From contig NMRA01000173.1 in assembly GCA_002633005.1 (NCBI GenBank), positions 619,338 to 683,337 on the forward strand: a DNA stretch of 64,000 bases. Direction: 5' to 3'. This DNA comes from Phoronis australis. Lineage: Eukaryota; Animalia; Phoronida. The position numbers and the translations under genes were made by a program. Under the pieces are notes generated by a model. That model saw nothing but the letters and a program-made list of their open reading frames with translations, did no database searches and had not been told where the DNA came from. Each line of letters begins with the position of its first letter. Positions within the stretch are counted from its first letter, which is position 1. This document shows, piece by piece, positions 1-11,895 of this stretch.

Positions 1-140
1 CGGGTACTAGTTGGCAGTGCTCCATCAGTAAATCATCCATTTGCCGACTATACCATTTGTAATAATAGCCGAGATTACCCGACCTGGGAATCGAACCAGC
101 AACCCCCATAAAACCGGCAAGTGTGCTAACCATTCAGCTA
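1..140 (-). mobile_element. tRNA-derived SINE (head plus part of body, runs off the window start)
   Basis: The reverse strand reads TAGCTGAATGG (Pol III A box) ... GGTTCGATTCC (B box) at tRNA-like spacing, then a non-tRNA body. The body motif ttgccgactatacca recurs at about 9103. Confidence 0.7.
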
Positions 141-243
141 ATAGGCAATTGCCCGTTAGCAAGTGGCTAACAGAGGCTTATATAATTCACCGGAAGCACA
201 TCTACAACAACTGTATCAACAGTGTTGGCATAGGCTTTTGTTG

Positions 244-532
244 CTCATATTGACAAGATGCCCGCAGGCGTGTACCAAAAATTGCCGGTTGGCAATCCTT
301 TTTCAGCAAGTTTTGCGGGACCTGCGCGGAGTCCAGTAAGCCCCTAACTTTCCATTTCATCCCCACAAAAGGCCCACTGCATTGGCCTCAGCGATGCAAA
401 AGTTACACTAGCCGTCTTCTTACAGAAAAATCAACCCTGCAAAAGGGGGTGGGAATTAACAGACTTGGCACCCACAGTAGGGGTCCCTTAACAGTATTTG
501 GTACATGCCTGCGAGCACCTTGTCAATATGAG
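244..532. mobile_element. MITE (about 290 bp) with about 41-bp terminal inverted repeats
   Basis: ctcatattgacaagatgcccgcaggcgtgtaccaaaaattg at 244 is the near-perfect reverse complement of cagtatttggtacatgcctgcgagcaccttgtcaatatgag ending at 532. No coding capacity. Confidence 0.75.
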
Positions 533-1236
533 TGACCCTCCGGGCACTTCTCAAATGTTGTTGAATTCAAGAAGGCGTTAGTGTAGTAGGCTGATGGTCG
601 TTGTCCACTAGAGCTGGAGAGTATATTTCACTATTTCATTTTATTATATACCTATTGTCAGGAAGGTTTTAAATGGACATGTTATTTCTGCCACTCAACT
701 GTAAATCAACAACCACTAGCTAAAGCAGCTATGGTAGTTGATCTCTAGAGATAGACAGGAACAATTAGTTACTCGAGTGTACATACTTGTTATGCAGACC
801 TGTCTGTCTTACTCATTTTTGTCCGTAGGCAATTTTAGTGTAAAATCATCTTGTTCCAAGTTATGAACCTGTTAGTTGGTAGTTCACACTTCAAAGTCAG
901 GCATCTTAATCAGTCGACCAAGAAGCAGTTACTTGAAGGCAAGTGATTAAGAGAGGCCTTCAAATGTACCATACTCTTCCCTATAACATCATTTGTCCTT
1001 GACCTTTTAAGGAAACTGGAACGATTGTTTTGCAGAACATGGAACTAATTCTCGCATTGTGTTTCAATGAATCTGTTTTTAAAGAACTACAATTACTGCA
1101 AAATGTGTGGTGCATCAGTAATCTAGTGTTAATTACTCCACTGAGTGATTGCATTCCAGGTAGAAATTCAACTGCACATGAGAATTACTGAATAGATCCA
1201 AATACTGCTTTAACACTAGCATTCTGCTTTGAAGTT

Positions 1237-1296
1237 GTTGGTGGTTCATTGTGACTGTTGCTGGTTCACTGTGACTGTTGGTGGTTCATTGTGACT
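1237..1296. repeat. 20-bp tandem repeat x3
   Basis: gttggtggttcattgtgact repeated three times with 2 substitutions. Confidence 0.85.
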
Positions 1297-1431
1297 TTTA
1301 ACAATTCTTCTTTTAGTCCTCATCCTTTTACAGTTATGCCATAAGTCAGTCACCCGTTTTAGTGACTAAAAACATGTGCCCCCTTTTTAAATTATTGACT
1401 GTGAATAAGTGTTGTTTCTTTCCAATTGTAG

Positions 1432-1509
1432 AGAAGGAGGAGTCAATGAAGATAGTGTCCATGGCAACAGGTTCAAAATGCATTGGAAAGTCCAAAATGT
1501 CAAAGCAAG
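1432..1509 (+). CDS. ADAT1: ADAT1 tRNA-specific adenosine deaminase 1, internal exon (earlier exons not found, probably upstream of the window)
   Basis: ag|...|gt. Encodes KEESMKIVSMATGSKCIGKSKMSKQG, the ADAT1/ADAR V(S/A)xxTGxKC motif. Confidence 0.9.
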
Positions 1510-1754
1510 GTACAGTAACTATTTGACTAGTCTTTGCTTCCAAATGCACTTTATACATTCATGGCACGTTACATTCTTGTACATTTGAATGCATGACTCA
1601 GTCTGTATTCATTGGCTCCTTTTGGGCTACATTTTTCATATTGAAATGTTATGATTTTTAGTAGAACTATCCATTTACTTAGTATTCCACTCATAGTGTA
1701 GAAGGGCATGCCATATATTCTGTAAATGTTACTAAATGACCATCTCTACTTCAG

Positions 1755-1809
1755 GTGACATTTTGCATGACAGCCATGCTGAGGTACTGTCCAGGAGAGC
1801 ATTCTTAAG
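1755..1809 (+). CDS. ADAT1: ADAT1 exon with catalytic HAE motif
   Basis: ttcag|GTGAC...TTAAG|gtgat. Encodes GDILHDSHAEVLSRRAFLR (Zn-ligand His and catalytic Glu). Phases match its neighbours. Confidence 0.95.
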
Positions 1810-2126
1810 GTGATCTACCGTTTAGTGTTAACTTGGGTGTTAAAGTGATTACATTTTGTTAAATTCACTTACATTACTTAATATTTGCTAACAAAAATAT
1901 AATGAGGACTTAAACTGTGGAACTTCAATAATATTCATTGTTCGTCATGATTGACTTTCCTGTCATAAATACATGTGACCAAACTGTTTAATGGTTCAAC
2001 GAATATGATGTCTTTATGGGTCTTAGTATGTGGTTGAATTACCAGTCTATTGTTATAAATTTATTCAATATAGATACCATTAAATCTATGTAATGTGCAG
2101 TCAAACGTACTTTATTCTCATTTCAG

Positions 2127-2257
2127 GTACATATATAGGCAGCTGCATATGTGTTACCATGGTGATAATTCAGAAGTGTTTCTTCCACCTGCTGAAGATG
2201 GTCGTTGCCAGCAAAGAAACAACATCTCATTTCACTTCTTCACAAGTCACACACCAT
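2127..2257 (+). CDS. ADAT1: ADAT1 exon
   Basis: tttcag|G...CCAT|gtatg. Encodes YIYRQLHMCY...FHFFTSHTP(C). Confidence 0.92.
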
Positions 2258-2937
2258 GTATGTTGATAGCTCTCAAGTGTAGACATTTTTAAGGGAACAT
2301 TTAAAGTTAGTAGGACCCTTGAAAATGGTTACTTTTGCATTAGGGGCTATCAAAAAATAGGACTTTTATGATTTTTATTAAAAAATTAATAGTTGCATAA
2401 AACAAAAACGGAATGATAATTTAGAAAACTGTAACAGCGTATTTGAGGTTTCAACTTAAATATTTATATGAAACAAAATGTGGTCATGTTATAATTGATA
2501 CTGCTGTTTTGTTGTGCCTTTCTTTTTTGCTAAATTTTACTAAAAAGGCAGGCATGATCATTTGATCCAAAAATAGCAGATTGATATAAAGTCCAAAATC
2601 AAATCCTATGGGCTTTCTACTCTCAGAAAATAATACTTTACTGAGTTAAAATCTATAGGTTTGTCTTAGATAACCTTAAGCCACATTGACTTGCTGTTTT
2701 AAGGTTGGTGTCATCATTCACCAGGCTTTTGTGATTCTCAGTCTCAAAACACTAAGTACCATTAGCCTCTGCGTAATTGGTCTCAACTTTCATTGTACAG
2801 CGGTAACAAGCTTTAGAAGAACTGACAAATTCTTATTGCTGAAGACTGGACTATGCACCGCCAAACAATGTGTATGTTAGCCGAAACCTGTGATTATTTC
2901 TGCCATTTAGCGACCATATGTTATTTTGTTTTACCAG

Positions 2938-3526
2938 GTGGCGATGCGTCAATATTTCCGAAGCCACAGAAAGAGAGAAGCCATGCAAATTACAAAACTT
3001 CTCCAAATTCTGATGATTGTGGCGAAGTGAGTGATATCATTAGTTTCTCATATAATAAATTCAAAAGATGGTCGTGTAATGACGCCAAAGGAGAACCACC
3101 TACGAAGATAACAAGGCAATGCACTGCGGACAATAGTACAGGGACTGTTCTCTCAGGCGATTCCATTACAAGTTGTAGAAACACTGTGATTACATCTACT
3201 GTGGGCTTCACTAAGTTAAACAATACGTCTCCTTTGCCACAAAGTAACACACATGAAGACAGTACGCCTAATGTTCAGCTTGACTTCAAGGATATTTTTC
3301 GGACTGGAGCCAAGTGTGTGCCAGATGGTTTACAGGATCTCCTGGGGCAAGGAGCAAAGTACCACATCTCAGGGGCACTGAGGACAAAACCGGGACGGGG
3401 TGAGAGGACCATGTCTATGTCGTGCAGTGATAAGCTGGCTAGGTGGAATGTGGTTGGCTGGCAGGGGGCGCTACTCAGTCACTTCCTGCTTGCTCCTGTC
3501 TATATGTCATCCTTAACTGTGGGCAG
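2938..3526 (+). CDS. ADAT1: ADAT1 large exon (PCGDASIF, variable insert, [35 protein letters not shown])
   Basis: ccag|GTGGC...GGCAG|gtat. Contains the two Zn-ligand cysteine motifs (PCGDA, SCSDK) and the RTGAK/RTKPGRG motifs typical of ADAT1. Confidence 0.95.
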
Positions 3527-3865
3527 GTATACTTCAGCTTGCTCTGTTATGATAATCTTGAAAGTGAATCAAGTAATGTTATGCGTATTTTACATGTCCA
3601 CAGTGGAAGTGTAGTACTTTGAAGTTTGAATGGTGTATTTGAAATTTCTTAGCTTTATGGCTGAGGGTGGTATGACAACCCTCAATATTTGATTGATTAG
3701 TTCTTACCCTGAAGACATATTTAATTGTGTAGTGCTGCTCCCCGTCCATTTTGTGCTCACATGTCAACACTTTGCTGTGCTGTGTGTGCTGTGTCCATCA
3801 AATGCACACATATCAACTCCATGCATTGTTCTTTTAAAATTCAATATATTGTTTACTTGTTGCAG

Positions 3866-4062
3866 GTGTCCATTTTCATTGCCTGCCATGCAGAGAGCAG
3901 TTTTTGACAGAGTGAGCAAGATAACCAATCTGTCCGATGGTTACCGTGTCAACTTACCTGTGATGCACCAGTCTCAGCTCCAGTTTATGGATGGCAAAGA
4001 TGCGTTGTCTGAACGTGTCTGCGTTGGGAATAGTGATGTGAAAGTAGTTCCTTCGTCAGCTG
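3866..4062 (+). CDS. ADAT1: ADAT1 exon
   Basis: tgcag|GTGTC...GCTG|gtaag. Encodes CPFSLPAMQRAVFDRV...VVPSSA. Confidence 0.92.
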
Positions 4063-5257
4063 GTAAGTTAAAGAGTGTTTAAAATTGAAGTGGATTCTTT
4101 TTGCTTCTTTTCTGATGCAAAGTTGTTTATTGCCAGTAGTAACAAATACAAACAAGTTCATAGGAAGGATTGTATGTCTATTTTATACATGCACTCACAT
4201 GCAGGCATAAGTGCATGCGCCCATGTACACAGAACCATGCATTCTGAGGGCAGCCATATTCAAAATGTAAAGAGCCAAAGGGGACCGTCTATAACCGAAT
4301 ATTTCATATTTATAGTTTTTGAAGTGAAAGACATTTTTTCATTTGAAAGTAAAGTTGATATCATCCTCCTTCCTTTTTTAAAAATTTCAAGGACGAGAAT
4401 AACGAAGGGATATTTTTACAAACAAATGAGTAAATAAAGAATATCTGATTCATGTAATTAACCAAAAGAAGAGAGATTAAATGAATTTTGGGTGTTTGGA
4501 AATGATCATTGAATTGTAGCAGGCAAGAACTGTACTTAACGCCTCCTTGGTCCACTTGTTACCTTGATCTGTCTGCTTCCTATTCACTCTGTTTTGGAGT
4601 GCTTACATTTGCTGTAGGGTGTCAACAAATTCTAGACTATTCTTTATGTAATTTCATCGAATAACTTTTTATTTTCTAGTATATTTAATGTTTCACAGGG
4701 CTCGCACTTCAGACTTTGGTGCTGAACCATGAGTGAGACATGCACATCCTGCATGCTGCTCATTTCAATTCAACTTTGAAAGTTATAACTTTGTCATAGG
4801 ATTTTTTAGTTATATAACCTGTCTAAAATACAATTAGATGTCATTGTGTTTCTCATGGCAATACTTACAACTGTTTTACATTCTATTTCAAACATTTTCA
4901 TGAAAAATATTATAAATGGAAACAATAAACTGCATGGGTTAAATTTGTTCTCAAAATTAGAAATCATAACTGATAAACCAAACCGTGACTCCATGTAAAT
5001 GAATAAATATTAAGTCAATGGGAAATTTACAAGTATTGTTAAAGTTTTTCAGATCGGGGAGGGTGAAAAGTGTTTGTCGCACACAAACGGTTGTCGTTTT
5101 CTGTCCCCTTACATTTACCTTCACTAATTTTTGTAAGTTTTTATTCCAGTATTAGACTCAAACTTGATCTCTTTGTTGCCTAATATTTCGTTGTACAGAT
5201 ATAGAGCTTTTGCTTCACCTGTAGAGGTGGCTGTAATTATGAAATGAATTGTTCCAG

Positions 5258-5357
5258 CAATTATTTGGTGTGATGTGGCAGAGAGAAACCTGGAAATTGC
5301 TGTCAATGGAAGAAAACAGGGGGTCATAGCCAAAAATACACATAAGCCTGAAGCCAG
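5258..5357 (+). CDS. ADAT1: ADAT1 exon
   Basis: ttccag|CAATT...GCCAG|gtaat. Encodes AIIWCDVAERNLEIAVNGRKQGVIAKNTHKPEAR. Confidence 0.92.
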
Positions 5358-5604
5358 GTAATTTTTTTTTTTAATTTACATTGTAATACTCCAAAGTTGG
5401 TATGTATTTAGTTTTCCCAATTGCCCTTGTTACATCTGTTTTCATCAAATTTTCATGGACAAAGTTATTGTGAGTAGTTAATTTTGTAGGTTTGATTTTC
5501 AGGAACAATTATTTCGTCCTTCTACCAAGATCACAGTCTGGACTACTTCATTGATATTATGAAGCTTTCCCAAATTGGTTAGATTACTTCAATGTTGTTT
5601 TCAG

Positions 5605-5691
5605 GTGTGCCACTTGTAAGTACAATTTGTTCAAGACCTTCATAGAGCTGGTATCCTCTCTCCCTAAAGACAAACTTCCAACTTCTTTAAG
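5605..5691 (+). CDS. ADAT1: ADAT1 exon
   Basis: tttcag|GTGTG...TTAAG|gtaag. Encodes CATCKYNLFKTFIELVSSLPKDKLPTSLR. Confidence 0.9.
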
Positions 5692-6187
5692 GTAAGTCAT
5701 TTGGTATTTTAGTCCATTACCTGATAATTATATAAAGTTGATATCAATTTTTCCCAGATTACATGTTAACCTGCAGACTGTGTTGCTAAATGTTACAAAT
5801 AGGTTGTTAAAAACAATTAGCTTCATCTCTTCACTCAATGTTGAGTGATGTTTAAATGCCAAGGCATGTGTTAATTGTGTTATCAGATGGGATGGATCAC
5901 ATTAACAATGGCGCCTGCCTCATTCCAGATGGATGATTATGAAAGGTGGCAGGTGTGTTCTTACTGAGAATATTGCTAACTTGCTGTGCACCCCCTACAG
6001 GCTATTTTGTTTACAAGCATTGTTCCCTTTAGTGAAAATGTTTAACATAATAATCATCCCTTATACATGGGTTGTACGTCTGCATTGTTCTTGTTAATAA
6101 GTAGACTCAGTTTCTCTTTGGCAGGGATATGTCATTAGCTAACCATCAAGCAGTCTTGAATGTTTTTCAATTTTTTTTCATTCCCAG

Positions 6188-6326
6188 AAGTCCCAGTCTG
6201 TCTTCTTACTACAGTTACAAGCAAGCTGCCATCAACTACCAGTCTACATGGAACTCAGTACTTGGTGAATTGAAGTATTGGGTTAGAACTCCGCCAGATA
6301 TGTCTCTGTTTTGTCTTGACTCTTAG
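6188..6326 (+). CDS. ADAT1: ADAT1 last coding exon
   Basis: cccag|AAGTC...TAG. Encodes SYYSYKQAAINYQSTWNSVLGELKYWVRTPPDMSLFCLDS*, matching the YxxxKxxAxxYQ...W C-terminus of the family. Confidence 0.92.
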
Positions 6327-6728
6327 CAGATTGTGAGGGGATGATAGCTTTTTCAAATTTTGGCTGCTATTTATTTTGAAAATAATATTTGTACAGAGGT
6401 TTTTTCATACATTCACAAATGTTTCACTATTTATTGTCTGAAATAATGGCTGATAAAATAACCAGGAACAAATACATGTGAGACTGGTGACATACAAGGC
6501 TTACTAGCTAATCCTTATATTTATTACTATAGTGGCTTGCCTTGACAATGTTGATTCTTACTGAAAGGAAAATTGGGCTGAAATATGTGCTGTTTTTCAT
6601 ATCAGTTACCAACTTTTAGTGTTTGCCATTGTATAAGTTTACATAAAGAACTTTTTGCAAATTTCAGTGACTTACTCTCCAAAAGTATTTTGGGAGCAGT
6701 TGAATGCTGTGCTACTCATACAGACTGG

Positions 6729-6874
6729 ACTTGTCATTAAAATGGACCATACAATGCACTTGTTACTTGTCATTAAAATGGACCATACAATGCACTTGTT
6801 ACTTGTCATTAAAATGGACCATACAATGCACTTGTTACTTGTCATTAAAATGGACCATACAATGCACTTGTTAC
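6729..6874. repeat. 36-bp minisatellite x4
   Basis: acttgtcattaaaatggaccatacaatgcacttgtt in four identical copies between two convergent stop codons. Confidence 0.95.
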
Positions 6875-6948
6875 AATTAAAGAACACACTTGTTATTATA
6901 GCAAGATCATTGAATTTTCTGTTGTCAATGTGGTGCAATTTAAAGTAG

Positions 6949-8547
6949 TCAGACATCAGTGGTGGTAACGACCAATCCTACTTGACTGACTCGTTTCTTA
7001 GGTGCATACACAGTCTCAATGAATCCATCAGTTGTGACTGTTAGAGGAACTAGTGTTGTGTCGTTGTTTGCAGTAGATTTGGCCAGTTCTCCATAACAGA
7101 TGTCACTGTCGTCTGGCATACCTATTGAACCATTCACATCATCTATGGACTTCCGGTTCATCATGTTCGCCAGTTCGCTTTCGTTTATTAGGTTTGTGAC
7201 ATTAGTTGTCGAGGTTAAAAGGAAACTGCTTTCACAGTCGCTCAGTTCTGAGCCCTCAGTGATTGACTGGTCCTTTTGAACCCCATTTTCTGACGCATAA
7301 CCACTCTCGTGCGCTAGTATCGCTGCTGCCTGCTGCGCGTTCGTCGACTGTGTATGAGTATCGTTTAATTCGATTGCTTCCTCTTCGTTTTGGAAGTCTG
7401 GTGACGTTGGATGTAGAAGATGGAGATTATCCTTAATTTTTTGAGAAACGAACTCCATGTTGTCATCCAGAAGGTCCTTATAATTGACTTGACGTTTTGT
7501 TTTTGCTTGCGAGGTTTTGCGACATACGCATTTAAGCAACGGGTTGGTCTCCTCCAGGCTTAATGTTTTGTCTTTAAAATTCATAAAGGTACAATCGTTG
7601 ATGTTATGTTTTGGCCGTTGACTTGTTTGAACTTCTTCTAAAAATGGGAGAGAAGATTCCGTTGCCTCGTTATGCACTGCCGATTGTGTCGATGGAACGT
7701 CGTCTACTGGTCGCTCCTGTCTGGTGTCCAAGTGATTCTCTAGTGGAATCTCAGTTTGCACGGCGCGTGTTACGACTTGTGATTTGATGGTAAATGGTGG
7801 TTGCAGTTCTCGTCGCGTGACTGTCGGTGCATCCGATTTGATAAGAACCGGTGAGTTTCTAAGCACATCTTGGTTTTCATCAGTGAAATTTGAAACTGGG
7901 TATTGCACATATTCTGATGGAATTCGATGCGGAACAGCACGCGGTGGACGGGTGTCGAACGTTTTCGTGTTTGTTGGACTTTCGTTGTTAGGTTCTTCGA
8001 GGCTTTCGGTGAATAAACTCTTCCTTAGCTGGTCGCGTTTGGTGGTTCTTTCAACGATACCATGTATGTAATCGTAGGTTGGCGGGACGCCTATTTGGTG
8101 CCTGGTTGGTGATGAGAAATACATGTCTGTTGTATTGGAATGCTCTTGTTTGCAAGTAGAATCCATTTCGTGATAATGGACCATTTCCTTAAGTTGCGGG
8201 CTCTGTGCAGGCTCTTGCCTGAGTCGACAGTATTCTAGTGGAACATATCCCGTGGCCCCATGAAGATCTCTTACAAATGCCCAACCTTTGACCTGATAGA
8301 GTAACGTAAACCATTGTCCGACAGTCGCTCTGAGCTCGGTCAATCCTTGGGGCTCAAAGTCGCTTACCACTTTTACAGGCACTTGGGTCGGCCGAGACGG
8401 TGAGCTGTTGCACAAGTGACTAAGCAGACGATCCATACCGACTGATCGTCTGCTTCCACTTCCGGAATGTTTCTCGTTTTTGTGTGAAATTTGATTCATA
8501 TTTACCGTCCGCGATACAATTACATCAGTCCGTCGTAACTTATCCAT
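6949..8547 (-). CDS. Uncharacterised 532-aa protein: N-terminal SH3 domain plus long S/T/E/P-rich, probably disordered tail; intronless CDS
   Basis: 1599-bp ORF. Residues about 56-110 (VKVVSDFEPQGLTELRATVGQWFTLLYQVKGWAFVRDLHGATGYVPLEYC) fit the SH3 pattern DF...EL....G...W...GYVP..Y. Ends in T-D-V. Confidence 0.85.
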   Translation of the reverse strand: MDKLRRTDVIVSRTVNMNQISHKNEKHSGSGSRRSVGMDRLLSHLCNSSPSRPTQVPVKVVSDFEPQGLTELRATVGQWFTLLYQVKGWAFVRDLHGATGYVPLEYCRLRQEPAQSPQLKEMVHYHEMDSTCKQEHSNTTDMYFSSPTRHQIGVPPTYDYIHGIVERTTKRDQLRKSLFTESLEEPNNESPTNTKTFDTRPPRAVPHRIPSEYVQYPVSNFTDENQDVLRNSPVLIKSDAPTVTRRELQPPFTIKSQVVTRAVQTEIPLENHLDTRQERPVDDVPSTQSAVHNEATESSLPFLEEVQTSQRPKHNINDCTFMNFKDKTLSLEETNPLLKCVCRKTSQAKTKRQVNYKDLLDDNMEFVSQKIKDNLHLLHPTSPDFQNEEEAIELNDTHTQSTNAQQAAAILAHESGYASENGVQKDQSITEGSELSDCESSFLLTSTTNVTNLINESELANMMNRKSIDDVNGSIGMPDDSDICYGELAKSTANNDTTLVPLTVTTDGFIETVYAPKKRVSQVGLVVTTTDV

Positions 8548-8633
8548 TTTGAAGGAAAATTGAATATTGCTTCAAAAACGTGCATCGATTATTTTCTGAC
8601 CAGTCATCTCACGCCGCTGTTGCAATAGTGAAC

Positions 8634-9330
8634 CTGCAAATAAAAGAAACATTTAAATATATTAACAGGGTGGGAAATTGTATTATCCGCGGTGTGATGA
8701 CCCGTTACAGTTGAATATCTGTTTTATTGTAACTCCATTTAGCCCCACGGTGTTATGATATATAAATACAATTGGTGTTCTGAAAAACCTCTGAAATAGA
8801 TTTTCATACCAAAATAAATGTGGATTTAATGTCTACTGTAGTTCTGAACACGCTTGAAAAGTCAAAGCTCAATTCTAGAATTTTTGCTATTCCCGGAGAT
8901 TATTCTACCTCAAGGTTTGTGACGAACCGTTTGTTGCAATAACAACGGTAAATAATGAAATGATTAAAGGAGTTGCGGATAACTATGGGTTTGTCATTTT
9001 TGACGACTCGAGATAATGTGAACGGGGCTGTTATTGCCTGGTTTCAGTTAGGTTTCATTTGTTATAAATCAATCGCTAACCACATTTCCTTATAATCACA
9101 CTTTGCCGACTATACCAGCACATTAAATGTGACCTGCGCTCATCGCACCCCACTGCGTTGGTCGGCTAGGCAGGATCTTGTCGCTTTTATTCATCACAAT
9201 CTTCCTTTCGCCATCGATAACACTAGACAAATTCAATCACGGCTGCGGCCAATGAATATCTACGCTGCTCTCCCGGCAGACGCGGATTCTTTAAAAAATA
9301 GCTTGTTACTTGAATAAAAAGTTTGTTTAC
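8634..9330 (-). other. Probable 5'-UTR intron of the SH3 gene (non-coding first exon above 9330)
   Basis: Minus-strand donor TTCAG|gtaaac at 9330 and acceptor cttttatttgcag|G at 8634, 86 nt before the ATG. Confidence 0.55.
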
Positions 9331-11454
9331 CTGAACGCCGCCGAGAACGCCTAAATTTATTTCTGGTCCATCAGTTCGGTCTGAAACACTCCCTTGTAAG
9401 AAAACTCGTAGAGCCTACAGTTGTCTTTTTCGGATGGTCACCTTCAGCGAAATGAACCCGATGTTTACTTGAACAATTGTTGTGACTGGCCACCGAAAAT
9501 CAACATGGATTAATGTCACCTATTATTTATGTGACCAGCTACAACATATGCGTCACGACACTTCTATATTTTGCCTGAAATGCGCTGGCCCCTATCAATG
9601 CCCCACTCGACGTTAAGTCAACAAACCCTATGATGCCCTCGAGGAAACACGACAAAGGAATTTCTATAGCCTATAAAAAGATTCCCTGAATACCGTTTTG
9701 TCCATAATGTGTAGTGTTTTCTTGTTTACAGCGCACTTTGTGATTTCAAGAAAAGTCCGTTTGTTTTGCCACAAAGCAAATTGTTCCCGCAAATTTGTTT
9801 TCCACCCTGTCGTTTTGATGTTCATTACACGGTTGTATTTGCCTTAGTTTATGTCGCAACAGCTACGCAAACCTGTCGCCCGCATTAACCCTATCAAGCG
9901 ATAATGCTCCACTGAACTCGTTGTACATCCCTCTTCAGTGTGTTAGTGCCCAAGGTGTTCAGAATATGAAGAAAACATCTGTTACGTTCACCTGCCTCGA
10001 TGTCAGAAAGGCGCGTTAAAACGCGCCACGGCTGTTTTATTAACAAAGGTTTTACATATCGTACGCCTTCCGGTAAAGTAAAATCTGGACCTCGCCGCGT
10101 TTGCTCATTCTCATTGGGCTGTAATACACTTTTCAAATCCTTTTTATTTGAATACACTTTTCAAATCTTTTTTATTCATTATTAACAAGTGAAGAATCTT
10201 GCTTAGACAAACTAGATGTATGCCAAATTGTTAACTCTAGAATGGGAAAGTTTGCGTCATGTTTACATTTATTTAAAGTTGCATTTCTCCCGGCTGTTTA
10301 GCTCAAAACCAAAATGGTACTGTGCCTTTTACTGTCCTTACATGTGTTTCATGATTTTTCTTACCGTGGTGAGATCCATTCGAATTCGCAACTGAAAGTT
10401 TGACCAACCCAACCCCAATACAGTCTCAGTGAAGCATTCTCTCGAGTCGCAGCGGGTCCCAAACGGAATCGTATAACGGTAAGGAATGCGAGATAAATTT
10501 TTATTAAAGTCGAAGGCCTAATTCAATTTTCCACAGCTAAACAGGGCGAAATGCATCTTTTTAAAGTTCAAAGTTCAACACCTTGCTTGGAGCTTATAAT
10601 TGGTTATTAACTCGCTGACTATTTACGGCTTACTCGTCTCTTCACTGGTGCATTATAACGTACTATAAATATAATTCACATCATTAATAGTATTATCACA
10701 TCGCACAACAGTTTAGCTTCTATGGCTCTAGAACTAATTGGTTTGTAGACGATTTTTTGTAAAGTTCAAGGTAGTTTGTCACGTGACTGAAATCATGTTC
10801 AGTTCCATTTTAACAACAGCAATTATTGAAAAAATGAGATCACTTACACAGATGCTTTCAGTATTTATACAACTTGTGTATCTCATCAGGCAAGAAGATC
10901 TACAACCCTCTCCAAACCTCCAGATCTCCCGAATTGTACTATAACTCCCTCCTTCGGTCTGCCGGTACTGTTTCTCCTTGTTTGGACCTATGTTTATCTT
11001 ACGCCGTCATATTTGCTGCCATTTCACATCACTCCATTTATGACAGTGTCGGCGCATTAAGCACTCGTTACTGAGGCGTAGAGTTTCCTTTCTCCGTGAC
11101 TACTCATTCAATATTTCAAAGGGCAGATGTCGATTTCATATAGGCGCTCTTTTGAAGTCTTCCTAGGTAAATGTCACCTGTGCGAAAATTGTCACGAGAA
11201 ATGATGCGATTGAAGTGGCTCGATCCGTTAACATTAAAAAGTAATCTATTCGTTTTCTCATTCCCTTGGATCCAATAAACTTAAATTTACTAGAAATCTA
11301 GCTTTCGTGAAGTTTGTTTATATCGATATGCAACTAAAAGATTCTAACTTCACGCCCAAATAGTGATGAGTCAAACGCAGACTGTAATCTAGCTTTTCCC
11401 GGAAGATGTCTCAGTTGTCGACATGATTGAGTAATTGAGTCAAGGAACGTTACA

Positions 11455-11895
11455 CAACATAGGCGGATTTAGGTGGTGAGGGTACCCCCCCTTGGCTGAC
11501 GCAAGCAAAATTAAACAGCAACAGCGTGAAGCGTGAGGAAATATAGAGTTCAATAACTAGGACCGGTAGCGGATGTGGGGGAGGGGGGCTCAGATCCCTT
11601 TTTTAGTCCACCGATAGATTTCCTGAACGGAAGGTCCCCATCCCAACCCCCGCAACTTTCGGGCCCCTGTGCACATACAATCGCGCTTCGAGCTTTGTCC
11701 AATTCCCCGAGGCAACATGTTGGGGCCGCCGTTATGGTATATCCTAGATCTGCCACGACTGCACAATGCGGCGTACCATAGGGGGCTGGAGGCTATAGCC
11801 CCCATTTATTTCAGTGCTGCGCCGCCCATGCAATGCTTAAAGTCCCCCCCCCCCCNCCCATGCGCCTATGCCTGAAATTTGGATCGATCCATCCG
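11455..11895. mobile_element. Cluster of nested short GC-rich MITE-like repeats
   Basis: Several CAG/CAT-GGCGGAT...ATCCGCC-type ends, G/C homopolymer runs and an N at 11856. Includes one copy of the CATGGGCGGCGCA family at about 11765-11831. Confidence 0.55.

Noticed and set aside
2960-3290. About 110-aa low-complexity insert in the ADAT1 deaminase domain as a novel domain
   Set aside because: ADAT1 proteins normally have a variable insert between PCGDAS and RTGAK.
3458-3474. CTCF-like ctggcagggggcgcta
   Set aside because: It lies in the codons for the conserved WQGALL motif and is explained by coding constraint.
1432-6326. ADAR or ADAD instead of ADAT1
   Set aside because: The RTGAK and RTKPGRG motifs and overall layout fit ADAT1. 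No dsRBD exon is seen, although the 5' end is not visible.
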